Assembly: GCA_903836515.1 (NCBI GenBank)
Contig: CAILQW010000051.1
Location: forward strand, 7,640 to 71,639
Length of the DNA stretch: 64,000 bases
Source of the DNA: Candidatus Omnitrophota bacterium
Lineage (GTDB): Bacteria; Omnitrophota; Gorgyraeia; Zapsychrales; Fredricksoniimonadaceae
Direction: 5' to 3'
Position 1 is the stretch's first letter; every line of letters begins with the position of its first letter. Both the position numbers and the translations under genes were made by a program. The notes beneath the pieces are model-generated. The model had not been told where the DNA came from and searched no databases. It saw nothing but the letters and a program-made list of their open reading frames with translations. Shown here in pieces: positions 27,653-36,877 of this stretch.

Positions 27653-28290
27653 ATCTGGACAGGATGAAGAAACTAAAGATCAATCTGGATGATATCCGGA
27701 GTTTCTCCCTGGGCGATGTCAGGGACTTTGTCAATCAGCAACAGGTTCTTGCCCTGACCATTGTGATTATAATGGCCGTTGTTGTTATTCTGATTTATGT
27801 ATTTAATTTGCGTTCACAGGAGTACCAGTCGCTCAAGTCACAGATGGAGGTCCTGCAGCTCAAGGAAGAACCTGTCCGCGGGTATGAGCAGTCCGTTAAA
27901 CTGAAGGGCGATTTCTGGCGCAAGATCCCGCCGTTTTTGCCGGGAGAAAGGCTTATTCCCTATGTCACGAGTGTTGCGACTCTTCGCCATATAACGATCG
28001 ATGCCTTTGAGCCATTGCAGCTGGTCCCGGGAGGGTTTTACAGTTCGGTTAATATTGTTTTTTCCTGTTCTGCCTTGAGTTTTAAGGATGCTCTGCTTTT
28101 TATCCATGATATGGAGGCATCAGGGTATCTGATCAAGGTCGATTCCTGGACGATGAAGAAAGCGCCGGAGAAGTATGCCGCAGACGGATCTGAAACAGCA
28201 GGGGCGCAAACCGGCGTTGTGATGACGGTGGCTGTTTCCTCGGTTAAACTGATGGAAAGCAATGATAATAAAAGTTCCAGAAAAAAGTAG
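27649..28290 (+). CDS. type IV pilus assembly protein PilO-like (GspM-like)
   Basis: single TM (LALTIVIIMAVVVILIYVF), coiled region, periplasmic domain; position between pilN and pilP. Confidence 0.55.
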   Translation: MNLDRMKKLKINLDDIRSFSLGDVRDFVNQQQVLALTIVIIMAVVVILIYVFNLRSQEYQSLKSQMEVLQLKEEPVRGYEQSVKLKGDFWRKIPPFLPGERLIPYVTSVATLRHITIDAFEPLQLVPGGFYSSVNIVFSCSALSFKDALLFIHDMEASGYLIKVDSWTMKKAPEKYAADGSETAGAQTGVVMTVAVSSVKLMESNDNKSSRKK

Positions 28291-28810
28291 CCAAAAGACG
28301 CTTCTTCGCTATGCTGTGATAGTAGGGGTCATGGCCTGTTTATCGGGCCCGTTGACTTCTCCTGCCTATGCTGAAGACACCGGCGGCGCCCTGGAGACGC
28401 TCATTAATTCCCTGAAGGATCCCTTTCGTTCCCTGTTGGAAGTGCAGGCTTTTGTGAAAGGGGCCGTCAAACGGGTTGCCAAGGGGATGAAAACCCTGGC
28501 CGCACCCATGGATCTGGATGTTGAACGTGAGGGGCTTGAACAAGCGCTTGAACACCCTGTGCATGTACCGGCCAAGGGATTGGATGATGAGCCAGGTGGT
28601 AATCCAGCGCTGGTTGTCAAGACATCCCTGCCGCTCTTGAAAGTGTCCGGAATCATTTATCACAGCGATCATCCTGTTGTCATTGTTAATGGGGTAGTCC
28701 TTGGGATAGGGGGCGAGATCAACGGGGTCAAGATTGTCGGTATCCGCAAAGGCCTTGTCGATGTCCGTTTCATGGGCACTGATTATGCGATCCATTTTAA
28801 TGATGAATAA
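28262..28810 (+). CDS. PilP-like pilus assembly lipoprotein
   Basis: signal/lipobox-like N-terminus; C-terminus LKVSGIIYHSDHPVVIVNGVVLGIGGEINGVKIVGI resembles the PilP beta domain; immediately upstream of the secretin. Confidence 0.5.
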   Translation: MIIKVPEKSSQKTLLRYAVIVGVMACLSGPLTSPAYAEDTGGALETLINSLKDPFRSLLEVQAFVKGAVKRVAKGMKTLAAPMDLDVEREGLEQALEHPVHVPAKGLDDEPGGNPALVVKTSLPLLKVSGIIYHSDHPVVIVNGVVLGIGGEINGVKIVGIRKGLVDVRFMGTDYAIHFNDE

Positions 28811-28820
28811 CGGGGTGATC

Positions 28821-30374
28821 ATGAAAAAATTCGTGCGTTCCTTGTGGATGGTTTTCCCGATCTTCTGTTTGTTGCTTGCGCCGGCTTTTGCGGATATTTT
28901 TAAAGGGGCGCAGAGTGATTTTATTCTTCCGCAGTATTCCAAACGGGTCTCCCTTGATTTCAAGGATGCGGATTTGAGGGATGTGCTCAAGGCGTTTTCC
29001 CGGCAGATCGGGGCGAATTTTATCATTTCGGATAAGGTTAAGGCCGGTCCTGTGACGGTGATGCTTGAGGATGTGCCTGTTGAAGATGCGCTCAAGGCCA
29101 TATTGGCTGCCAGCGGGTTGTCGTCCCACTATGACCAGAATGATAATATCCTGGTCATTAATCCCGGGGATGTTGACAAGAAAAATATCACACGCGTTTA
29201 CCCGCTCAAATACGCTACGGTGTCGGTTTCAAAACTTTTGTCCACATTCAGCATCTCGGAAGACAGCGATTCCAGCTCTTCCGGAGGCTCATCGTCCGGC
29301 GATTCTTCTTCCGGCGGGTCATCGTCGGGCGGGGCATCATCCAAATCATCCGGCGGGTCGTCATCCGGGTCTTCGGGCGGCGGGACCTTGGTGGATTCCC
29401 TGAAAACGGTCCTGTCGTCTTCGGCCAAGATCGCGGAAGATCCCCGCACCAACAGCTTGATTATATCCGACCAGGAAGACAATTTTCCTGCCATCGAGCG
29501 CATCCTTGCCAAGCTGGATGTTCCTGTGGCGCAGATCCTCATTGAAGTGCAGATGATCGATACCACCAAACAGGCCATCGACCAGGTGGGCGTCAAATTC
29601 GGGAATACGTTGTATCAAATCAACGGGCTTGGCGGGAAGAAGTTTTATTTTCCCTTTGATCAGACGAATATCCTCAATAAAGGCGGGACACTGGGCTACA
29701 CGAGCGGCGCTCTTAGCGGAAGTTCTTTCTCGGCGGTCCTGCAGTATTTAAATACCAGGACAGACACCAAAAGTCTGGCCAGGCCGAGGCTGTTGACCAT
29801 GGATAATGAAACAGCTCAGATCAAGATCACGGCGCAGGAGGTCATTGGTGTCAAGTTAACGGCCGCAACCGCCAATACCGCACAGACCCAGGAGCCGGAA
29901 CGGACCGAAACAGGGATCGTGCTTACCGTGACGCCGCAGCTTAATCTCATCACAGGGGATATTCTGATGGCGGTGTCGCCCAAAGTCATTGAAGCGCGGA
30001 CAGGGGGGACGTTCAATGGTGAGACGTACAAGGATCCTGAGGTTCGCGGGGCCAAGGTGAAAATGAGCATCCATAATGGCGATACCATTGTGCTGGGAGG
30101 ATTGCTGCGCAAGGAACAGGAAAAAGTGGTGAACAAACTGCCCTTGCTGGGAGACATTCCCTTTCTGGGGCGCTTGTTCCGTCACGACAATGTCACGACC
30201 CAGGACCGGGAGCTGTTGATCTTTATCACCCCGCGTTTGGTGGAAAATACCAGCGGCATGGCGCCTGACCGTACAGCTGTTGGCCTTGGGGCACGCGAAG
30301 GCCGCATGCTCCCCCGGGATAATGCCGTCAGTTCCGCCCTGGATCATCTGGGCGACAGCGGGTTTTCGGATTAA
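28821..30374 (+). CDS. pilQ: secretin (PilQ/GspD family)
   Basis: signal peptide; conserved secretin C-domain ...LARPRLLTMDNETAQIKI...GGLLRKEQEKVVNKLPLLGDIPFLGRLFRHDNVTTQDRELLIFITPRLV; contains a Ser/Gly-rich low-complexity linker. Confidence 0.85.
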   Translation: MKKFVRSLWMVFPIFCLLLAPAFADIFKGAQSDFILPQYSKRVSLDFKDADLRDVLKAFSRQIGANFIISDKVKAGPVTVMLEDVPVEDALKAILAASGLSSHYDQNDNILVINPGDVDKKNITRVYPLKYATVSVSKLLSTFSISEDSDSSSSGGSSSGDSSSGGSSSGGASSKSSGGSSSGSSGGGTLVDSLKTVLSSSAKIAEDPRTNSLIISDQEDNFPAIERILAKLDVPVAQILIEVQMIDTTKQAIDQVGVKFGNTLYQINGLGGKKFYFPFDQTNILNKGGTLGYTSGALSGSSFSAVLQYLNTRTDTKSLARPRLLTMDNETAQIKITAQEVIGVKLTAATANTAQTQEPERTETGIVLTVTPQLNLITGDILMAVSPKVIEARTGGTFNGETYKDPEVRGAKVKMSIHNGDTIVLGGLLRKEQEKVVNKLPLLGDIPFLGRLFRHDNVTTQDRELLIFITPRLVENTSGMAPDRTAVGLGAREGRMLPRDNAVSSALDHLGDSGFSD

Positions 30375-30377
30375 ATT

Positions 30378-32087
30378 ATGGCTAGATTAAGACTGGGCGA
30401 AATACTCATCAAGCAGGGGTTGATCACCGAAGCCCAGTTTCAGGCTGCGGTGGAGGCCCAAAAGACCGACAAGAGCCATATCGGCGAGATCTTGGTGAGG
30501 ATGGGCGTCATTAAAGAAGACGACCTGGCCGCGGCTCTTGGCACCCAGTTGCTTATCCCGTATGCCTCGAAGGCTTCCGGTCTTCTGGGGCCGCAGAAGG
30601 CCCAGGGGCTCGAAAAGCTTGTGCCCTACGATTATGCCAGGGAACATCTTGTCCTGCCGCTTAACCGCAACATGAATTCCCTTACCTGCGCGATTTTTAA
30701 TCCCTTTGATCTTATCATGATCGACAACCTGAAGAAGATGACAGGCTGTGAGATCAATTTTGTCATTGCGACCCGTTCTGACATTATCAGGGCGATCCAG
30801 GAATTTTATCTCGAAGAAGAGGGCGGGGCATGGGGCAAAGCTGTGGAGAAGGCGCATTCCCAGGCCCGGCAGCCCTCGCCATCATCCGAGGAGAAGTCTG
30901 AAACGGAACTGAGCCTTGATAAACTGATCGCCAAGGCGGAAGAGGCTCCGGTCATTAAACTGGTTGACCTGATCATCCGCCAGGCCATTGACGAGAGGGC
31001 CAGCGATATTCACATCGAGCCCTTCAAAGACAGGCTTGAGGTCCGTTATCGCATTGACGGCGAGCTTTACCAGATTCCGCCGCCAGCCAAGCATCTGCAT
31101 CAGCCTATTGTGTCGCGTGTCAAGATTTTGGCCCATATGGATATTGCCGAGCGCCGCCTGCCGCAGGACGGCCGTATTTCGGCCAAGCTGGAACAGCGCA
31201 CCGTGGACCTTCGTGTGTCGACTCTGCCTACGGTTTGGGGTGAAAAAGTCGTTATGCGTATCCTGGACAGGGATGCGATCAAGATGGAGCTGGCGGCCCT
31301 GGGATTCGATGTGCGGCAGCTGGAGATCATCCGTAAAGCCTTGAAAGTTCCTTATGGCCTGCTTTTTGTTACAGGCCCCACGGGAAGCGGTAAATCTACC
31401 ACGCTTTATTCCTGCCTCAACGAGGTCATGGATCCGACAAAAAATATTATGACGGCGGAAGATCCCGTGGAATTTCGTATTGACGGCATCAATCAGGTTC
31501 ATGTGCGGCCTGATATCGGGTTTACGTTTGCGCAGGCCTTGCGTTCTTTCTTGCGTCAGGATCCGGATATCATCATGGTGGGTGAAGTCCGGGACCTTGA
31601 AACCGCCGAGATCTGTGTGCGCGCCGCCCTGACAGGGCACTTTGTCCTCTCGACGCTCCATACCAATGACGCGCCATCGGCCATCACCCGCCTGATGGAT
31701 ATCGGTGTGCCGCCGTATCTGCTCACCCCGTCCTTGACCATGATCGTCGGCCAGCGCCTCGGGCGTAAATTATGCCCGCATTGCAAGGAAGCGTATGAGC
31801 CAAAGCCGGAGGAACTCGGCGAGATCAAGCTGTCCACCGACCTTATTTACCGCGCCAAGGGGTGCGACCAGTGCTCCCATACAGGATACAAGGGGCGCCT
31901 TGTCATCGCGGAAGTCCTGGTGGTCGATGACATGATCAAGCGCATGATCGGCAAAAACGCCACCTATAACGATTTGCGCGATGCCGCCCGCAAGAACGGA
32001 ATGGTAACGCTGTTTGAGTCGGGGATTAAAAACGTTGAAGCGGGGATCACCAGCCTGGACGAGGTGCTGGGCGTAACGGTGGGTTGA
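30378..32087 (+). CDS. pilB: type IV pilus assembly ATPase PilB / GspE family
   Basis: N-terminal GspE_N-like domain, Walker A GPTGSGKSTT, Asp/His boxes, tetracysteine CPHC...CDQC. Confidence 0.9.
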   Translation: MARLRLGEILIKQGLITEAQFQAAVEAQKTDKSHIGEILVRMGVIKEDDLAAALGTQLLIPYASKASGLLGPQKAQGLEKLVPYDYAREHLVLPLNRNMNSLTCAIFNPFDLIMIDNLKKMTGCEINFVIATRSDIIRAIQEFYLEEEGGAWGKAVEKAHSQARQPSPSSEEKSETELSLDKLIAKAEEAPVIKLVDLIIRQAIDERASDIHIEPFKDRLEVRYRIDGELYQIPPPAKHLHQPIVSRVKILAHMDIAERRLPQDGRISAKLEQRTVDLRVSTLPTVWGEKVVMRILDRDAIKMELAALGFDVRQLEIIRKALKVPYGLLFVTGPTGSGKSTTLYSCLNEVMDPTKNIMTAEDPVEFRIDGINQVHVRPDIGFTFAQALRSFLRQDPDIIMVGEVRDLETAEICVRAALTGHFVLSTLHTNDAPSAITRLMDIGVPPYLLTPSLTMIVGQRLGRKLCPHCKEAYEPKPEELGEIKLSTDLIYRAKGCDQCSHTGYKGRLVIAEVLVVDDMIKRMIGKNATYNDLRDAARKNGMVTLFESGIKNVEAGITSLDEVLGVTVG

Positions 32088-32098
32088 CGGGGGAGTTG

Positions 32099-33331
32099 AT
32101 GTCAAAATATCTTGTTGCTGCCAAAGATGCCGCAGGGCATATCTTTAACGAAATCGTGGAAGCCTCTGACCAGGATCAGGCCGTCAGGCAGATCCAGGGT
32201 AAAGGGCTTTTTGTCACGGCGGTCAAAAAGCTGGCGGAGGAGTATCTGACATGGAAGCCTTCGGCGTCGCCGGCCAGCAAGCGCAAATTCTCGCGTGACA
32301 AGGCGTCCCTTGAAGACGTTATTTCTTTTGCCCGCCAGCTGGCGACCATGCTTGAGTCGGGGATCCCCTTGCTGCGCGCGATCGTCGTTATAAGCGACCA
32401 GGTGGAAAGCCGTGAGCTTGCCCATGTTCTTGAGGAAGTTGTCGCGGATGTCGAGCAGGGCCAGCCGTTCAGCCGTTCGATCGCCAAACACCCCAGGATA
32501 TTCTCTGCCTTCTGGGTCAGCCTGGTTGAGGTCGGCGAAGCCTCCGGCACCATGCCCAAGATCCTTGAGAAATTGACGGTTTATATGGAAGATGCCGCCG
32601 CGTTCCGCTCAACCATTATCGGTGTCCTGATCTATCCGGCGGTCCTTTTTGTGATCTGTGTGGGCGCGGTCATATTCTTCGCGGTCTTTGTGGGGCCGAC
32701 CTTCGAGCGTGTTTTCAAGGATATGAATATCACCCTGCCGCCGCTCACGCAAGCCATGATGGTCATCTTTAAACTGATCAAGGAGCAGTTCTTGCTTTTG
32801 TTTGCCGGTGCGATCGGGATTTTCTTTGTTTTCTCAAATTATATCAGGACCAGGAGTGGCCGCCGTGGATTCGAAGAGTTTCTCTTCCATATGCCGGTCT
32901 TTGGCCGGGTCGTCAAGTTGATCGTGGTCGAGAAATTCACGTCCCAGATGGCGATCCTCATGGACAGCGGTGTCCCGATCCTTTATGCGCTGGAGATAGC
33001 GGAGCGCCTGGTGGATAACAGTGTATGCGCAGAGGTTATTAAAGATGTCCGTGAAGGGGTACGGGAAGGCAAACTCCTGGCGGATCCCATGGAGCAGAGC
33101 GGTTTTTTTCCGTCCATGGCGGTCCAGATGATCCGGGTCGGGGAAGAGACGGGGGAGCTTGGCAAGATGCTCAACCATGTGGCGGTCTATTACAAGCGGA
33201 ATGTGGGAGAATTCCTCAAGCGTTTCGGGATCCTGATCGAACCGGTCATGCTGGTGGTGATGGGCGCCATCATCGGCACCATTGTCATCGCCATGTTCCT
33301 GCCGATGCTCACCATGTCTACCGGAGGTTGA
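32099..33331 (+). CDS. pilC: type IV pilus inner-membrane platform protein PilC / GspF family
   Basis: two GspF repeats, three TM segments; alternative start at 32084. Confidence 0.85.
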   Translation: MSKYLVAAKDAAGHIFNEIVEASDQDQAVRQIQGKGLFVTAVKKLAEEYLTWKPSASPASKRKFSRDKASLEDVISFARQLATMLESGIPLLRAIVVISDQVESRELAHVLEEVVADVEQGQPFSRSIAKHPRIFSAFWVSLVEVGEASGTMPKILEKLTVYMEDAAAFRSTIIGVLIYPAVLFVICVGAVIFFAVFVGPTFERVFKDMNITLPPLTQAMMVIFKLIKEQFLLLFAGAIGIFFVFSNYIRTRSGRRGFEEFLFHMPVFGRVVKLIVVEKFTSQMAILMDSGVPILYALEIAERLVDNSVCAEVIKDVREGVREGKLLADPMEQSGFFPSMAVQMIRVGEETGELGKMLNHVAVYYKRNVGEFLKRFGILIEPVMLVVMGAIIGTIVIAMFLPMLTMSTGG

Positions 33332-33446
33332 CACACAAAAGAAATCCGATAAATCAGTTGTTATGCGGTATTATTTATCATATACTTAAAAATGATATGT
33401 ACTTCTATGCTAAGGTTTATTTTTTAGTTAAACGTTCGGAGGATTT

Positions 33447-33872
33447 ATGAGAAAACAACTCAACAAAGGTTTTACACTGATAGAAATCATGATCGTTGTC
33501 ATTATTATCGGTGTTTTAGCCGTGCTTGCCTTGCCGCGTATCACCGCGCAGATCGATGTCTCAAAAGCGGCCGAGGCATATACCAATCTCGGTGCCTTGA
33601 TGCGCAATGTCCAGCAGTGCTATTCCATGGCGTCCAACACGGCAGATATGACCGAGTGCGATACGGAAGCAGAACTTTCAGGATATTCCCTGCCGACGTC
33701 CAATTATTTTACATATACGTTTAACGCCACAACGTGTGGTGCGTTAACCGCATGTACGGCGACGGCCACATTGAAGAGTTCTTCGGCCGGTGTGATCACC
33801 TTCACGTTCAATGCAACAGCGGGCACGATTGCCAAGGGAAAGACTGGCGTCTTTTCAGCGCTGAAGAATTAA
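33447..33872 (+). CDS. type IV pilin (prepilin N-terminus)
   Basis: MRKQLNKG|FTLIEIMIVVIIIGVLAVLALP class III signal; C-terminal Cys pair. Confidence 0.75.
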   Translation: MRKQLNKGFTLIEIMIVVIIIGVLAVLALPRITAQIDVSKAAEAYTNLGALMRNVQQCYSMASNTADMTECDTEAELSGYSLPTSNYFTYTFNATTCGALTACTATATLKSSSAGVITFTFNATAGTIAKGKTGVFSALKN

Positions 33873-33957
33873 GCCTGTACCATTGTGTGATACATACCCC
33901 CTTGGTCTGTCATAGTATCAGATCAAGGGGGCATTTTCTTTAAAAGGGGTTACGGGT

Positions 33958-34365
33958 ATGAACAGAAAACCTGGATTTACGCTGATTGAGATCATGATCG
34001 TTGTTGTCATCATAGGGGTGATGGCGGCCATCATGATCCCCCGATTGAGCGGGTCAAAGGACCAGTCTGTTTTTTCCGAAGCGGTTAATGCATTAAACAC
34101 CCTGCACGCGGCTCAACTGCGGTATGCGCTGGAGAAGAGTGACGGGAGTTATACCACCGATTGTTCCGTCCTTGATGTGGCCGTTACGCCTGTTAATTTC
34201 GATACGCTCACATGTACGGCGGGTGGAGCTGTTTCTTTAAAAGTCAAGGCGGCCGCACAACCTGCTTCAGGCACCTATACGGTGTCTGTGGATTCGGCGG
34301 GGCAATTCACATGCGCGGCGTGTCCTGCCCGTCTTAAGAGAATTTGTCCTAACGGTTGCGTATGA
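33958..34365 (+). CDS. type IV pilin paralog
   Basis: MNRKPG|FTLIEIMIVVVIIGVMAAIMIP; Thr/Ser-rich C-half with several Cys. Confidence 0.75.
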   Translation: MNRKPGFTLIEIMIVVVIIGVMAAIMIPRLSGSKDQSVFSEAVNALNTLHAAQLRYALEKSDGSYTTDCSVLDVAVTPVNFDTLTCTAGGAVSLKVKAAAQPASGTYTVSVDSAGQFTCAACPARLKRICPNGCV

Positions 34366-34748
34366 GGTGCCTGATGCGCCGTGCTTTCACCTTGGTTGAA
34401 CTCATGGTTGTTGTTCTGGTCATTGGCGTGCTGGCCGTTTTTACCGTGCCGCGGTTCACCATGGCGATTAACCGTTCCCGTGCCCGTATCGCCAAATCGA
34501 ATATCGCGATGATCCATGCCGCCAATGTTTTTTACAAGGCACGCACGGATCTTGATATCAGCGGGGCACTGGCAACGATCAATACAACACTGGGGTTAAA
34601 AATTGTTGCCAATGGGGTGACGTATACCTGTAATGGCGTGACGTGTCAGGCCACCGGCACGGGTTTTACGGTCACGGTAACATTAGCCGATCCGCTTGAT
34701 GAGGCCAATACCAATCTTTCCTGTTCAGGGACGAGTTGTCCGCCATGA
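34362..34748 (+). CDS. type IV pilin paralog
   Basis: ...MRRA|FTLVELMVVVLVIGVLAVFTVP; start ambiguous (34362 or 34374). Confidence 0.7.
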   Translation: MRCLMRRAFTLVELMVVVLVIGVLAVFTVPRFTMAINRSRARIAKSNIAMIHAANVFYKARTDLDISGALATINTTLGLKIVANGVTYTCNGVTCQATGTGFTVTVTLADPLDEANTNLSCSGTSCPP

Positions 34749-35140
34749 GGTATCCTATGCGTAAGGCTTTTACACTTGTCGAGCTGATGGTTGTGCTGAT
34801 GATCGTGGCTATTCTGGCCGCTTTTACGCTGCCCCAGTTTTCCACGACCATCAACCGTTCCCGTGCCCGTTCCGCCGTGACCAATGTGGCCATCATCCAC
34901 GCCGCCAATGCTCTTTACCGCGCGCGTCACGGCTTCAATACAAATGCCGCAGATCTGGGAACGATCAATACAACGCTGGGATTAAATATCATCGGAAGCG
35001 GGGCGACATACTCATGTTCAGGCGCCACCCAATGCCAGGCATCAGGCACAAATTATACGGTGACAGGCGTTTTGGCCAATCCACTGACGGATGCTTCAAA
35101 CCCATCGTGTGCCGGGACCAATTGCCCGCCATCGCCATGA
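34745..35140 (+). CDS. type IV pilin paralog (close relative of the preceding gene)
   Basis: MRYPMRKA|FTLVELMVVLMIVAILAAFTLP; shares SRARxA...IHAANxxY...INTTLGL...CxG..C with 34362; start ambiguous (34745 or 34757). Confidence 0.7.
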   Translation: MRYPMRKAFTLVELMVVLMIVAILAAFTLPQFSTTINRSRARSAVTNVAIIHAANALYRARHGFNTNAADLGTINTTLGLNIIGSGATYSCSGATQCQASGTNYTVTGVLANPLTDASNPSCAGTNCPPSP

Positions 35141-35484
35141 GCCGGCGCGGCACGGGGAGAGGTTTTTCCATGGTCGAGGTCCTGGTGGCGGCTGTGGTTT
35201 TTGTCACCGCGGCCGCAGGTATTTTTGCCACCGTGGCCCAGACACAGGTTGGTGTCAAGGTATCAGATGCACGCTCCCGCGCGACCCTTTGCGGCAAAGA
35301 GGTGCTGGACGGCTTGAGCAAGGAAGTGGCGGATTCAACCTGGGACACAGGGGCCATGGCCATCGGCGGTCCTTATGCGGTGGCAGGATCCTATCCCAAC
35401 TGCATTGCCGGTTACACGCCCACCTATAGCGTCGCGGCCGTAGCCGATGGTACCCGTCAGGTGACGGTGACGGTAAGCTGGTGA
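35137..35484 (+). CDS. minor pilin / pseudopilin (PilV/GspI-like)
   Basis: MSRRGTGRG|FSMVEVLVAAVVFV prepilin-type N-terminus; ATGA overlap with previous gene. Confidence 0.6.
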   Translation: MSRRGTGRGFSMVEVLVAAVVFVTAAAGIFATVAQTQVGVKVSDARSRATLCGKEVLDGLSKEVADSTWDTGAMAIGGPYAVAGSYPNCIAGYTPTYSVAAVADGTRQVTVTVSW

Positions 35485-36116
35485 CCATGAAACATTCTTC
35501 CTCGGGGGTGACCCTCACTGAACTTGTTGTGGCATCCGTCATCATGAGCATGATGCTGGCGGCCATCTGGGCGACAGATTATGCCTTGCGCCTGAAAAAC
35601 AAGGAGGTCTCCAGTGATGCCCAGATTTTTATCCAGACCAGAGCGTTGGCTGAAAAGATCCGCATGAGTGTCAGGTCTGTGCATGGCTCGCCGCAGGACA
35701 CGGGGATGGATGTCAATATCGGCACGAAGACGCTCTGTTTTCGTCAGGATCTGATGATTTCCGGTGCCTATACACCCGGCGATTACACCGATGACCGCTG
35801 GGTGTGTTATACCCAGGTCGCGGGCGGCGGCGGTACGAATGTCTACAGCTGCACGTTTGACGGTTCTCCCGGGCAGTGCACCGCCTCAGGCACGTTTGAA
35901 GGGACGGTTGTTTCCGACGAATTTACGAATGCGGCGATCCCGGATCCGGTTGTAACGGCCGATGCGGATGCCGGGACACTTTATTTTGAGATGACGGTGG
36001 TCAGCCGCAAGACCCCTTCCGCCGGAGCGGCTGTTACCGGCGGCGTGCTGACATCCGGCACAACCGACAATCCCCAGGCGTATGTCGCCCTCCGAGAGAA
36101 TGTCGGAGGTTTTTAG
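35481..36116 (+). CDS. minor pilin / pseudopilin (PilW/GspJ-like)
   Basis: MKHSSSG|VTLTELVVASVIMSMMLAAIW prepilin-type N-terminus; 211 aa. Confidence 0.6.
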   Translation: MTMKHSSSGVTLTELVVASVIMSMMLAAIWATDYALRLKNKEVSSDAQIFIQTRALAEKIRMSVRSVHGSPQDTGMDVNIGTKTLCFRQDLMISGAYTPGDYTDDRWVCYTQVAGGGGTNVYSCTFDGSPGQCTASGTFEGTVVSDEFTNAAIPDPVVTADADAGTLYFEMTVVSRKTPSAGAAVTGGVLTSGTTDNPQAYVALRENVGGF

Positions 36117-36118
36117 CC

Positions 36119-36865
36119 ATGTCCCGCCACCGTTTCTTTTATCCTTTCCAACCCCACGATAGACAGATCACCCTCGATGACCCGGATGAATTCATGCATC
36201 TGGCCCGTGTGCTGCGCCTGAAGCCCGGCGATGCGGTCGAGATCGTGAATGGACAGGGCGGCCTGGCTTTCGGTGTGATCCGGGAGGTCGGACGCGCTTT
36301 GGCTGTCATTGCCTTTGAAAAGATATCCCAGGACCCAGGGCGTACTGCGCCTCGCCTTACCATGGTTTGTGCGCTTCCTAAGAAAGCGAAATTTGAGACC
36401 ATCATTGAAAAGTGTACGGAGCTCGGCGTTGACAGGATCATTCCTTTGATGACAGCCAGGACCGAGGTTGACCTGAGCGGGGAAAGGGCCGGGAGCAAAC
36501 AGGTCCGGTACGCACGTATTGTTGTCAACGCGGCCAAGCAGTGCCAGCGGCTCTGGTTTCCCGAGGTCATGGCGCCGGTGACTTTGACGCAAGCCATCAG
36601 CATGGTATCCGGCCCGGGGAAGGCCGTATTCTTCCCGTGGCTTGAAGGCAGCAGGGTTTCTCTGGCCACAGCCTTTGCCGCGCACAAAGGAGCCGGTGAG
36701 GTTGCTTTTTTCATAGGTCCGGAAGGGGATTTTACGCCCCAGGAGGCGGCGCTGGCCATCGGGGCCGGGGCAGTGGCGGTAACGCTCGGGTCGAATGTCC
36801 TTAAAGTTGATACAGCGGCCATGGCGGTCATGGCCTTTGCGGTGTTGAATGAGCCGCCGGCATGA
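36119..36865 (+). CDS. rsmE: 16S rRNA (uracil1498-N3)-methyltransferase
   Basis: RFFYPF...PGDAVEIVNGQGG...; SPOUT fold C-terminus FIGPEGDFTPQE. Confidence 0.85.
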   Translation: MSRHRFFYPFQPHDRQITLDDPDEFMHLARVLRLKPGDAVEIVNGQGGLAFGVIREVGRALAVIAFEKISQDPGRTAPRLTMVCALPKKAKFETIIEKCTELGVDRIIPLMTARTEVDLSGERAGSKQVRYARIVVNAAKQCQRLWFPEVMAPVTLTQAISMVSGPGKAVFFPWLEGSRVSLATAFAAHKGAGEVAFFIGPEGDFTPQEAALAIGAGAVAVTLGSNVLKVDTAAMAVMAFAVLNEPPA

Positions 36866-36877
36866 TCGGGGAAGGGG

